Part shown: positions 1 through 14,491 of the stretch, one piece after another | Position numbering within the stretch: the first letter of the stretch is position 1 | Layout of the letters: the number at the start of each line of letters is the position of its first letter | Assembly: GCA_002104945.1 (NCBI GenBank) | Contig: MCFH01000025.1 | Coordinates: 186,001-250,000, forward strand | DNA from: Piromyces finnis finn | Taxonomy: Eukaryota > Fungi > Neocallimastigomycota | Reading direction: 5' to 3' | Length of the DNA: 64,000 nucleotides | Made by a program: the position numbers and the translations under genes | The notes under the pieces: generated by a model | What the model was told of the DNA's origin: nothing | Seen by the model: the letters and a program-made list of their open reading frames with translations, nothing else | Database searches by the model: none

Positions 1-2
1 AA

Positions 3-2403
<2,401 letters not shown>

Positions 2404-3573
2404 ACTGATTTTAATAAAACATAATAAATCATTATGATTATTAGAAAATCATAAAATAAAAAAGATTTTTTTAACAACCATTCATTCATATAAACATAAT
2501 TACAAATAAAAAATAATATATATATAATCAAGCACACATTATAAAAAAAAAATCTATCCACATTATTCAAATCAATATTATATATATATAGTTTTTACAT
2601 TATAATTTTTTTTTCTTTTTTTTTTTTTATTAATACCTTTCAGTAATAAAAATAATATATTAATATTTTTATGATAACTTTTCTATAATTTTTTTATAAT
2701 AATAATATTAAAAAAAGATGTTTTGTAATTAAAATTATAATTTTTTCACATAACAATACATAAACTTTACAACTTGTTTTATTTTTTTTTGAACAGAATC
2801 GTATTAAAAAAAATATAAAAAACATTTATATTGTAAAATAAAGTATATTATCGTGTTTAAAGAAAATTATATATGCTTTCTTTTTATTTTATTTTTTGAA
2901 TATATAATAGATGTATATTCAAAAAATTAACAAATTAAAAAAAAAACAACCATAATTGATGTATATTCTAATATGTTTTAACCATAAAATTATAACAATA
3001 ATTACATTAAATCATAATATTGTATTTTTATAATTTTTAAGTTTAAACCATTAAAACCATCACTATATCACTATATACTAATAAAGAATAAAATCAAAAT
3101 TACAAAATACTAATACTATATTAGTGTTTTTTTTTCATCTTATTATTATCTTATTATTGATAATAAAAGGTTTATTTTCAAAAAAAAAGATAATATATAT
3201 CCATATATTATAATATATTAATAAATTTAAATATATCCAATCATATACTTCTAATTCCTATTTTTAATTTAAATTGTATATATTGCAATACAATATATTT
3301 TTAAATTTAACAAAATTTTGAAGGAAAACACAAAGGGTTAGGAAATATAAAATACATATTAAATAGTAAGGTTTACATTTATCTACTACTACTAATAATA
3401 ATAATATTTTTTTTTCACTTCCCTTTTTGTATTGTAAGGAAAGAAAAAAAAAAAACATTTTTGAAAAGAAAAAAATTAAATAATTTTTCGTTCTTTTTTC
3501 TATTTAAAATAAATATAAATTACAAAACATATATAACATAAATTATTAATAATATAGAAAAAAAAATATTAAA

Positions 3574-3962
3574 ATGGCCAAGGAAATTAGTATTGAAGAA
3601 ATGCTTAAGAAGCTTGAAAGTGATGTTAAACTCGCTGAAAACTTTGATGATCCAAATGGTAGAATAGATATTGCTTCTATGAATAGAGTAAGTATTTTTG
3701 TTTTATATTAATATAAAAAAGTGTAAAATTATATCATTATTCATAAAAATGAATGAGTAGATGTTGAGTTGTTTAATTTTAAAATTAATAATTTTATTAG
3801 CAAATGGATAATACCAATGCTATCTTAGATATTTTAGAATCAAAATTTGATACCATTAATGCTAATTTAGATGCTATGTTAAGCGCAATTGAAAGTCAAC
3901 AAGCTATCAAGGAAGAACCAGAAGAAGAAACTAAAGAAGAAGAAAAGAAGGAACAAAATTAA
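3574..3962 (+). CDS. Small 91-aa coiled-coil protein, tentatively UPF0184/Bublin-like; 2 exons (3574-3687, 3801-3962)
   Basis: ATG at 3574, GTAAGT donor at 3688, TTAG acceptor ending at 3800, phase 0, TAA at 3960-3962. Protein MAKEISIEEMLKKLE...MNRQMDNTNAILDILESKFDTINANLDAMLSAIESQQ followed by an acidic tail. The family call rests on recalled similarity only. Confidence 0.75.
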
Positions 3963-3991
3963 AAGTGAAAAAAAATAAAACAAACAAAGAA

Positions 3992-4027
<36 letters not shown>

Positions 4028-4580
4028 TAAAAATTTTATAATAGTAATACACATTATAATAAAATCGGAATATCGTTGTTATATGTCTATTTATACCATA
4101 AATACTTTAATATCTCATTCATTAAAAAATTTTACATTTTCTCAATGTTTTAATTAAATGTCAAAATTTCAAATTATAGAATTATGAAAATAAATAATAA
4201 AAAAAAAAGTATTTTTTTTTAATTTATATATAATAAATTATTAAAAAATTATGCTTAAAACATTTTTTTTTTTTTTAATAAAATAATGCTTTGATAAATC
4301 CAATGGTTATGTAAGAAATAATGTAACAAAAAATATTTAATAAATAAATATTAAAAAATAATTATTGTTAAATTAAATTTATAGTATACATAAATTAAAA
4401 TGAACAACAATTCTTTATTTGCATTTGGATTGTTATACATATATTTTAACATGTAAATAGAATAATGTCGGTATATTAATTTATAAATTATTGATTTTAT
4501 AGTTTTTTGTAGATAATATTCTAAAAAGTAATAAAAAGTGGTATATTTTTATTGTTTGTTATCAAAATAGGTTAAACTTT

Positions 4581-6167
4581 TTATTTCTTTTGCTTTTTTC
4601 TTTCAAACTTTTCGTTAAAAGTACTGCATTTTTTCCTTTTAAGTAACGGGGTATAGTTTGAAGTGTTTGTTAGGGTATTTCCATTTTTTAAAGTTACTTT
4701 TTGAATTCTTTTTGAATTATACCATCCATCCAAATTGTGAGATTGTATAAACTTTAATATTGAATTAAAGTTTTGAGCGTCTATTTTATTAATAGTGTTG
4801 TTATTATCTGTGTTTAAGTGATTTTGAAAATGCCATTGATCTATTAAAAGTTTAGAAATAAGTGAAAGTTTAATAGCTTCATTTTGCCAAATTTCTAAGA
4901 GAATTGACATATTTTTTATATAATTTATGCAATTTTGTGGATTATTGTTTGAAGTAACATTTTTATCATTAATCCAGTAAAATGTATTTTTTGGATAACC
5001 TGTATCTACTAGAACTAAGGGGATTTCAGGTGCTAAATCATAAATTGGTTTTCCTATATCTTTTTCATCATCAACATTCAACAATTTATCTATAATTTCT
5101 ATATTTTCTTTATGCTTCCCAATTAAAAATAAAATCGCCATACAACAACGAACTTGATGCCAGAGAAAAGCCATGCCTTTAATCTCAAAAACATATATAT
5201 CAAATGGATGATAATTTTCTACGATGGAAGAAGAATTACTAGTTCCTTTGTTTTCTGATGATTTAGTGATTTCTGAAATGTCACTAGCTTTAAATATTGA
5301 ACAACTGTAAATTGTTCTTTGGAATTTGTTAGGCTTTGTTGGATCTATTTTACAGAAATTTCTAAAGTCATGATGACCTTCAAGCTTTTTACAAGCTTTT
5401 TGCATTAATTCTATATCTAAATCTTGACCACTAAAGAAATAATGATATTTACGATAAGAGCAACCATATCTAGCATTAAATGATGGTTTTATTGGTGACC
5501 ATGCTAAAATACGAATATCTGCTGGTAATATACGATTAAGCATATTTACATAATCCATTTCTTGTTCTGTTGATTTTATTAAAGACTCGTTGAAAGGTTC
5601 AATGTTAGAATTTATATTATTTTTATTATTATCATCTTCATTTTCATTTATAATTTCCATTGAGTCATTTTCTATTTTTATATTTTTTTTCTTTAAATCT
5701 TTTAATTCTTCAAATGTATAAATTCCCTTGGAAGGGTCATTTTGAAGAGTAGAACGAACGTACAACCCAACAATTTGTGAAAAAGCACTTACTCCTTTAT
5801 CTGTACGTCCACATAAACTATAATGACAAGATTTTCTATCTTGGATCAATTTTAATTTTTTTAAAGCATCGAATAGATGACCTTCAATAGTACTTACATT
5901 ACATTCTTCTGCCTGAGCTGCAAATCCTTGATAATTCCATCCGAAATAAGCTATTTTTAGTGCAATATATCTATAACAACATTTTGTAAAATCAAATTCT
6001 CGTTTTCCTTTACTTTTATTTGTAGTTTTGTTAACATTAGATGTTGTTGTTTTTATATCAATATGCTTTTTTATATAATTTATAAGGTCTTTTTTTTCCC
6101 AAGATTCAAAATCTAATAATGATTCTTGCTTTTCCTCTAATTTCTTTTCATTCAAATCTTGACTCAT
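4581..6167 (-). CDS. PUS3: tRNA pseudouridine(38/39) synthase, TruA family; intronless
   Basis: 528-aa ORF with RYIALKIAYFGWNYQG, catalytic CGRTDKGVSA, LNRILPADIRIL, FNARYGC, GHHDFRNFCK, FLWHQVRC and YDLAPEIPLVL. Confidence 0.95.
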   Translation of the reverse strand: MSQDLNEKKLEEKQESLLDFESWEKKDLINYIKKHIDIKTTTSNVNKTTNKSKGKREFDFTKCCYRYIALKIAYFGWNYQGFAAQAEECNVSTIEGHLFDALKKLKLIQDRKSCHYSLCGRTDKGVSAFSQIVGLYVRSTLQNDPSKGIYTFEELKDLKKKNIKIENDSMEIINENEDDNNKNNINSNIEPFNESLIKSTEQEMDYVNMLNRILPADIRILAWSPIKPSFNARYGCSYRKYHYFFSGQDLDIELMQKACKKLEGHHDFRNFCKIDPTKPNKFQRTIYSCSIFKASDISEITKSSENKGTSNSSSIVENYHPFDIYVFEIKGMAFLWHQVRCCMAILFLIGKHKENIEIIDKLLNVDDEKDIGKPIYDLAPEIPLVLVDTGYPKNTFYWINDKNVTSNNNPQNCINYIKNMSILLEIWQNEAIKLSLISKLLIDQWHFQNHLNTDNNNTINKIDAQNFNSILKFIQSHNLDGWYNSKRIQKVTLKNGNTLTNTSNYTPLLKRKKCSTFNEKFERKKQKK

Positions 6168-7081
6168 TTTATAATAATTAAGGAATAAATTTTTTTTATT
6201 ATTATTATTATTATTATTTATATCTTAATATTTACAATTAATATTCATAAAATATGCATTTAAATTTCAAAGCCACAATATAATATCCAATATCCACTTG
6301 TAATGTTTTCAAAGAATTTATATTAACCACAAAATATAATTAAAAAATTGTTAGATGTATTGTTGATCCATAGAATAATGAAAATGAAATAATTAGTTTT
6401 GATTAATTAATTTCAAAATTTTTTTAATTAAAAAAAAATATAAAAAAAAAATTATATTAAAATAAAATCTAAAGTACTTTTTTTTATTATTATTAATATA
6501 AATATAATATCTTTATTTTTTTTATATATATAGATATAGATAGAAAAAAGAAAAGAGTATTAAAAAGAAACTAAAGAAAAAGTATAAAATATTAATAATA
6601 GCAACAAAATAGAGCACCTAAAAATAAAAATAAAAATATATACTAAAATTTAGAAAGAAAAAGAAATAAAAGGAATTTATCAACATTTCAAATCAATCAA
6701 ATAGAAATAGAATACATTTATATTAATATATATTTTCTTTTCTTATTTAAACAAACATTACAAACAAACAAATTAAACCAAACAGTAAAAGAAAAATAAG
6801 AACTTTTTGTTTTAAAATAATTTATAATTTTTACTAAAGAAAAAAAAATATAATATATTTTTTTAGTAATATAATATTCTTTAAAAATTATAATTTGTTT
6901 GAAATCTTTTACAAGGAAAATACTTTTTTTTTTTTAAAAAAAAAAAAGAAAAGAAAAAAATAAAATAAAAATAAAATAAAATTAAAATAAATTCAAGTAA
7001 AACTAAATAAGATTTATATAACTGTAGTAATAAAAGAAACTATTAAATCTATTACTTTAATTCATAAATAATAATATCAAC

Positions 7082-9348
7082 ATGAAAACACTATTTTTAT
7101 TTACTTTAATAATACAATTTACAAGTTTTATTTTTGCTAAATCCAATTCCTTGAGTGGAAATAGAATCTTGGTTGTTTTAGATAATATTGAAGATAAAAG
7201 TAATTACTCTATTTTCTTTAAAAGTCTTGAAGGTAAAATATTATTTAATTTTTAATAATAATAGTAATCTTTATTAGTAAATAAATAAAAAAAAATATAA
7301 AGCTTGATATATGTGTATATTCATATAATTATGAAATTATTATGATCATCATTGTACTTTTATGATATGTATATATAGATAAGAAAATGCTAACAAAATA
7401 ATTTATAAATAAATTTATAAATATTAGACAGAGGATTTGATCTTTCTTATTCTTCTGCTTCTGACGATAAACTTGAACTTATAAAGTTTGAAGAAAGTTT
7501 ATATGATCATTTAGTATTATTAGCACCAGAAACTAATTGTATGTCTATTTCATTTAAATAATATATAAAATATAAATTAAGACACTCTTGAAAATATATA
7601 TTTTTATATCACTCTTATTAATAAAAATTATATAAAAAATTATTATATATTACTATGATATTTATTCAAATTCTTCTTAACAATGAAATTGAAATAAAAT
7701 TCAACGTTGAAAATATTATGTATATTTTAAACATAATAAATTACTGCGCAAATTCACACATTTAATATACAAATTTTATGATTAAAAATAGATTATGAAA
7801 ATGATGTGGGACCAAAACAAATAATTGAATTCATCGATAAAGGTGGAAATGTTTTACTTGCAGCTAATGAAAATACAGGTTCAACCACTCAAGATTTATT
7901 ATATGAATTTGGTTCAGTTGTTGATGAAGCCAAATTTAATGTTATTGATAACTTTGTTCATAACTCTACTACCTCAAGTGTTCTTGCACTTGATAAGTTA
8001 GAAATTCCAATATCTTCAGATGAACTTGAAGCCCCAATTTTATATTCTGGTACAGCTATCAAATTTAAGGGAAAGAATCCATACAGTAAACCACTTTTAG
8101 TTGCTGGTCCAGCTGCTTACTCTTGGGATAATAGTGCTGTTAATAAAGATCCACTTGTTACTGGTAGTAATATTGTTTTAGTTAATACTTTACAAGCAGT
8201 TAACAATGCCAGAATTATTATTACTGGTTCTACCAAAATGTTTACCGATGAGTAAATATTAATGAATAGAATTAAATATATATATATATTTTTATTATTA
8301 TTGTATGATAATATATTAATTTCTTTTTTTTTTTTTTTTTGGGTTATTTTATTTTCATAACAACACTATTCTAACTATTCCAACTATTCCTACTCCTACT
8401 ACTACTACTAATAATAATAATATAAAAATTATCTCTAAAGATTTATTGAATCTCCAGTTAAGATTAATGATAAGACGTAAGTAATATTTTATCGTGTTGT
8501 CAACCAAAAAAAAAAATTTTTTTAATAGATTTATGTATTTAATTAAAAATTATATACTTAAAAAATTTATTATTTTTTTTTTACTTTAGTTATGAAAAAT
8601 CTGGCAATTTAGATTTCATTACCAATATTTCAAAATGGACATTCCAAGAAAAGAAAGTTTTAAAGGTTATTTCTTCAAAACATCATAAAGTTGGTGAAAC
8701 TGAAAGACCAGAATATTATACTATCAAGAATAATATGGTAAGTAGTTAATAAAAATGAAAAATTTTTATACAAATATATATATATATAGTTTTAAAGTTT
8801 AATTGTTTTCAAGAAATCAATTTTAATTCATTTTAATTGATATTTTAATATATAACAATTTTACAAAAAAAAAAAAAAAAAAAAAAAAGCATTATGAAAT
8901 TGAATTATCCGAATATAATGATGGTATCTGGCAACCATTCAATGCTACTGATATTCAATTAGAATTAATTATGCTTGATCCATACATTAGAACTACCTTA
9001 AAGCAACAACCAATTACTAATCCAACCTCATCCACCTTTTCAATTGATTTAATCATTCCAGATCATTGTGGTGTTTTCACATTTAAGGTTGACTACCGTC
9101 GTTATGGTTTATCTTGGATTTTAGAAAAAGATGTTATAGCAATTCATCCACTTCATTATAATGAATTTCCACGTTTCTTAGGTGAAGGTTTACCATATTA
9201 CTTTGGTGCTTTCTCTATGCTTGGTGGTTTCATTATCATTTCAATTTTAGCTCTTTATCATGAAGATGATACTAAGAAGAACACTGATACTGTTACTTCT
9301 TCAAAGAAGGAAAAAGAAGTTGCTGCTACTGAAAAGAAAAAGAATTAA
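7082..9348 (+). CDS. WBP1: Oligosaccharyltransferase subunit Wbp1/OST48; 6 exons
   Basis: Signal peptide MKTLFLFTLIIQF, then RILVVLD, YSIFFKSLE|DRGFDL, LYDHLVLLAP, FIDKGGNVLLAA, LQAVNNARIIITGS, DIQLELIMLDPYIR, IPDHCGVFTFKVDYRRYG and a C-terminal TM followed by a KKKN ER-retrieval signal. Confidence 0.95.
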
Positions 9349-9952
9349 TTATGGAAATTAATAAATAAAAAAGAAAAAAAAAACTAAATATTAATTATTA
9401 TCATAGAAAAAGAAATATAATATAAAATCCAAAAAAAAAAAAAAAAAAAAAAAAATGTATAAAACAATATATATATAATATAAATATAATTAAATAAATA
9501 TAATTTCATCATAGCCAATATAAATAAAAATAAAAATTCAAAAAAAAAAAAAAAAAAAACATTTTATAATTAAAGTACCCTTATTTTTTTTCTAATTTTA
9601 TTTTTATGGAATCTCTAAAAGTTTATGAAAAAAAAAAGAGGTTAAAAATCAAAAGGTCAAACAATAAAATTTCAAAAGTATTTTTATTTATTTATTATTA
9701 TTTTTCTTTATAAAAATAGGCGTTTTTTACGTACATTAGATTGTCATGATGATTTATTTATTTGTTTATTTATTTATTTTTTTTTTTTTTAAAAATTAGT
9801 TATTATAATTTATAAATTAAAAGATTATAAAAATTATTATGACTTTATATTTTTAAACTTTTATTTTATTTTTTTTTTACTGTCTTTATTTGTTATATAT
9901 TTTTCTTTTAATGGATTCTTTTTTTTTTTTTTTTTTTTTTTTTTCCCTCAAT

Positions 9953-10778
9953 TCATTCAATTTTCTTTAATTTAGCTTCAGAAAGCTGGTATACTGGAAT
10001 AAATCTTTCTTTGAAACTACAATCAGCAAATAAATCTGGGAGAAGCATAAGACCTCTATCCTTCCACATTATCTTAGTAACTTGGAATACGGCAAAACGT
10101 ATTAAAAGGAATAAACCACCCATACCAAAAATGTAAGCAATAGTTTCCACTAAAGCTAAGACCATATCATACATTGTATGATGCTTTTTATCATGACTAT
10201 TATAGATACGATGGTAGAAGCTACCAAAAATACTTGCAATAACAATGAATACAACACTAATACAAGCTATTAAAAATATTTTTACTTTATTTTCCATTGT
10301 ATTGACGTAATTCCAAACGTAGTATTGATCTAATTCAAACACATTATTATTTTCTGGTTTAGTGGTAATAACAGGAAGAGTATTTTTTGGAGTGTTAGTG
10401 TCTACAGTAACAGCTTGAATAAGATGATTTTCAAGTAATTGATTAAGAATTTTTTCTGCATCTTCGATACACTCAATAGCTGGTAAAAATCTATGATTTG
10501 GATCATTATTTTGATTTTCATTATCAAAAGATGAAACATAACTAAAATATTCAAATCTTAATAAACTATTTTTCGCAATATCACCTATAGTCAAAGTATA
10601 ATATATATATATATTTGGAACAATAAAAACGGGTTAATAAAAAAACCATTTGTATCAATAATTATGATTAAATATTAAAAAGTTTTAATTAATTAAAAAG
10701 AGAGAAAAAAAATTGTTGAAATAAAAGAGAAAGAAAGAAAACTATGAATAAATAAACTAATAAAAATATATTTAAATT

Positions 10779-10846
<68 letters not shown>

Positions 10847-11065
10847 TCCAATTATTAACAATAATATAAAATATAAAATAGCAATTGTTTTCCAAGATAT
10901 TTCAATATAATTACTTTAAATATTTTATTATATGTTTATTATATATACCATACCATAGAAATATATAGCCTTTTCTCCATTTAAATTTCCTGTATTTTTT
11001 TGCATAATTTTTTGAAGATAATTAGAAACTTCAAGTAATTCAATTGGTGCCTTTGTATAATCCAT
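9953..11065 (-). CDS. SEC62: Sec62-like translocon subunit, divergent; 2 exons (11065-10954, 10584-9953)
   Basis: Spliced N-terminus MDYTKAPIELLEVSNYLQKIMQKNTGNLNGEKAIYFYG|DIAKNSLL. YYVWNY precedes TM1. After TM2, GLMLLPDLFADCSFKERFIPVY matches the Sec62 G.W..PNLF.D.GF..SF.P.Y pattern. Confidence 0.7.
10771..10845. repeat. (TTA)n microsatellite in the Sec62 intron
   Basis: About 25 TTA units. Confidence 0.9.
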
Positions 11066-11651
11066 TATGTAATAATTTTATATTAAAATCTATGAAAGCA
11101 GGCATACAATATACACATAGAGAAAATAATAATAATATATAAATAAAATAAGAATGAGAAAATGATTTCAATTTATATTATAGAAATAAAATAACATTTA
11201 AATTATATTTGACAGTTTTGTTGATAAAATGGATTTTTCATTATAAATTCATTATCAATTATTATATATTAAAATAATAATAAACTTACTTATTTTAATT
11301 ATTATTATTTTGAACAAATGAACAAGTTTTTTTTTATATTTATAATATTATTGTTATTACTTATTTATATTCTTTTTTTTACTGTCAGAATTGTAAAATT
11401 TTTATTGTAAAATTTTTAAAAAAAAAAAAATTTTAAAAAAATTAAATTTCATTTAAAAATTAATATTTCATAGAATAAATTAAATGGATGGCTATTCAAA
11501 AAAAAAAAAATTTTTTAAAGACTTTTCACAATGAACGTAGGTATACGTTTAAAATTTCTTATATAAAAATAATAAGAATTATAAATTATATAATTTTTTT
11601 TCAATCATCATTAATTAATAATGGTATCATAATAGAAATATGATTTTATTA

Positions 11652-11783
11652 TTGAAAGCAAGTGCCAATAAATAGATATCCTAGAGTTTTGGAAGATTTA
11701 GCTAAAAACCCTGGCTAGAAGAAAGACAACACCAGGCAGAGATTTAGCCAGGAAAAATTTGAAAACAAGTGTCAATAAATAGA
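11652..11783. repeat. Imperfect 25-bp direct repeat enclosing an inverted CCTGGCTA/TAGCCAGG pair
   Basis: TTGAAAGCAAGTGCCAATAAATAGA (11652-11676) versus TTGAAAACAAGTGTCAATAAATAGA (11759-11783), 2 mismatches. Confidence 0.8.
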
Positions 11784-12571
11784 GTTAAATGGAATTCCAA
11801 ATTATTGTATATATGTTTATAATATATTTAATAGTTATTTGACAATAAACATTACTTTAAACTTTTTTTTTTTCATAGCATTTAAAGTGTCCTATTTCTT
11901 TTAATTTATTTTAAGTAATGAATGATTAATAAATAATAATTGTATTTACTATAATTTTATTATTAACTCAAATCTATGTCACTTTTTCATTAAAAAAAAA
12001 CCTAAAATAATGTTTTTCAAAACTTTACAGTAAAAATCATTAAACTATTTCTTATTTTCACATTACTGAATAAATTATTGTTGCTTTTGAATATTAAGAA
12101 AAAAAGAAAAAATATAAAACTTATCAATAAAAAGAAAATATAATAATAAAACAACAATAAATTAAAAGATGTTATTAAGTTTTAAAATTATGGGGTTTTT
12201 TTTTTTTAACTAAAAGAAATCATTATATTATATGAGTATTACCATTATTACCACCATTAAAATTAAAATCAAGAAATATTTATTATTAAATAGATTAATA
12301 CGAATACCTTATTATAATAAATATTCTTTTTTATTTATTCATTATAGAAAAGATGCTATATTAATATCATTTGATAAATAAAAAAAAAAAAGTGTGACTC
12401 CGTTACTCATCTATCCTACTTTTTTTTTTTTTGAATAATATTATAAAATATGAACTGTTATACAAAAATATTACTCTGAATACTTTATAAATATAATTCT
12501 TTTTTGCCTACTAAAGTCATAAACCTATATATATATATATAATGTTTTTTTTTTTGTATAAACCGATACTT

Positions 12572-12760
12572 TTAAAGAACTACGGCATGAATGGGAAGAG
12601 GAGAGAACTTGACTTCTCGGAGCATTCCCTGGTGGATTAGTTCTTTAATCATACCAATTTTTGCTAGATACTATAAATTTATGCCTAATTTTCCAGGTTT
12701 AAAAATATTAATGTCCTAGGCAAAAAATTTTATAAAGAATGATAGGTTACACAAACATTT
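12572..12760 (+). ncRNA. Candidate structured ncRNA (class unassigned)
   Basis: GC-rich island with a perfect 11-bp stem TTAAAGAACTA/TAGTTCTTTAA and nested GGGAA/TTCCC and GAGAA/TTCTC stems. It is followed by ATACCA, AATTTTTG, a second TGCCTA/TAGGCA hairpin and ACA-TTT. No known RNA family recognised; strand uncertain. Confidence 0.35.
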
Positions 12761-14491
12761 CAATTTATTATTAATTGAATGTAATATATTATAATATATT
12801 TATTTATATTTGAAATAAATCAATAAATCAATATCGTATATAATACAATATATATGCTAATATTATATATATTATATATATTATTCATAATTACATATAT
12901 TTATGTTTTTTAACATAAATATACCATTTGATTTATAATACTTTTGATCACATTTATTTATGATTAATGTGTGATAATCTTAATCATAAATTCATATATT
13001 AGAATCAATTCAATTTATATGTAATTTATTTTATTTATATTTTTATTATAAATTAAAATTTATTAATAATGGAATTAAATAACAAATTAAAAAAGAAAAT
13101 AGTTATAAAAATCTTAAAAAAAATTTACTAATAAATTAAAAAATGTTACAATACTAAAAAATTTATTATATTTATTATATTAATAATAAAAAATGAAACC
13201 TTTTTTTTTTTTTCTTCTTCTTCTTTAAAAATTGTAATAATTAAAGATTTAATTTTTTTTAATCTTTAAATTATATCCATTTATAATATACCTTTTCTTT
13301 TTCTTTTTATTCTTATTCTTATAATATAAATATTATTTTAATAATACTATTATTATATTGTTATATGTATGAAATTATAAATTTCAATAATTAATTAATA
13401 TATATAAAATGAAAAAAAAGTTTAAATTATTATTTACTCACCGAAGAAAATACTAGAGGAAACAAACAAATAAACAAAATAGTAAACAATTAAAATAAAA
13501 AAATAAAAAGCAAAATAAAATTTATATTATAAAATAATAAAAAAAAAACAAATCGAAAGCAATTCAACATAAAATCATATATTAAAACATTAAATAATTT
13601 CAAATATATTTTTTTGTTTGTTTTAATTAATGGTTATACCATAACCTAACATATATATATATCATTTTATTACTATTTAATTACTTTTATATTTAATGGA
13701 ATTTATTTTTTTTATTATATTTTATAATATAATCAATAAATTTGTAGAAATTACAAAATTTTAATAATATAATGAATTCTACTTTTATGAAATAAAAACA
13801 AAAAAGTAAAATCTATTTCAATAATTAAAACAACAACTAAATCACAATAAAAACAAATTAAATAAAAAATAGTCTTAGGATGAACATATATGCAAGAGGA
13901 ATGTTTAATAACAACTAAAAAATTATAAAGTCTATAAAATAAAAAAAAAAAATACGAAATTATTGATAACCAAAAATCTAAAGTTTTTAGATTGTAAAAA
14001 AAGCTAATAAAATTTTATACATTTATAGGTCACTACAAAACTGGAAATATATAATATAATTCTTGTTTTTTTTTTTTTTTTTTTTCTTTTTGTAAATTAA
14101 ATTTATGAAAAACAACCATTTTATATATTATACATTACATTATAATAAAGTATTATTTTCATTTATAGAATAATTAAGTATTATAAATATTATATTAATT
14201 TTGTACATTTTTTGAATTACATATCAATAGTAGTTTATTAAATACAAAAATTAAAAATACAAATAAATAATATTATCATTATTATTCAACAACAACAACA
14301 ACAATAAAAAAATATTTGATATTAAAAAAGGAAATTTAAAAATTTTTATTTTTTAAAAAAGAATTTTTTTTAAATAATAAAGCATTTTTAGTATTATTAT
14401 TTTGACAATTTATTCAAAATTAAATAATACTATTATACATTTATTCTTTATTCATATATCTTCAAAGCAACTCTTAGAAAATAACAACAAA

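Noticed and set aside
12586-12612. Resemblance to U6atac (ATGAA, AGGAGAGAA, CTTGAC) and to 25S rRNA (GCATGAATGG)
   Set aside because: Short matches only. The U6atac AGC triad and ISL are missing, and the rRNA match is 10 nt, same-sense and without colinear context.
12586-12635. SECIS or SRP helix-8 interpretation of the hairpin
   Set aside because: No proper UGA/GA quartet with helix II and no selenoprotein ORF upstream; no GNRA-capped SRP helix.
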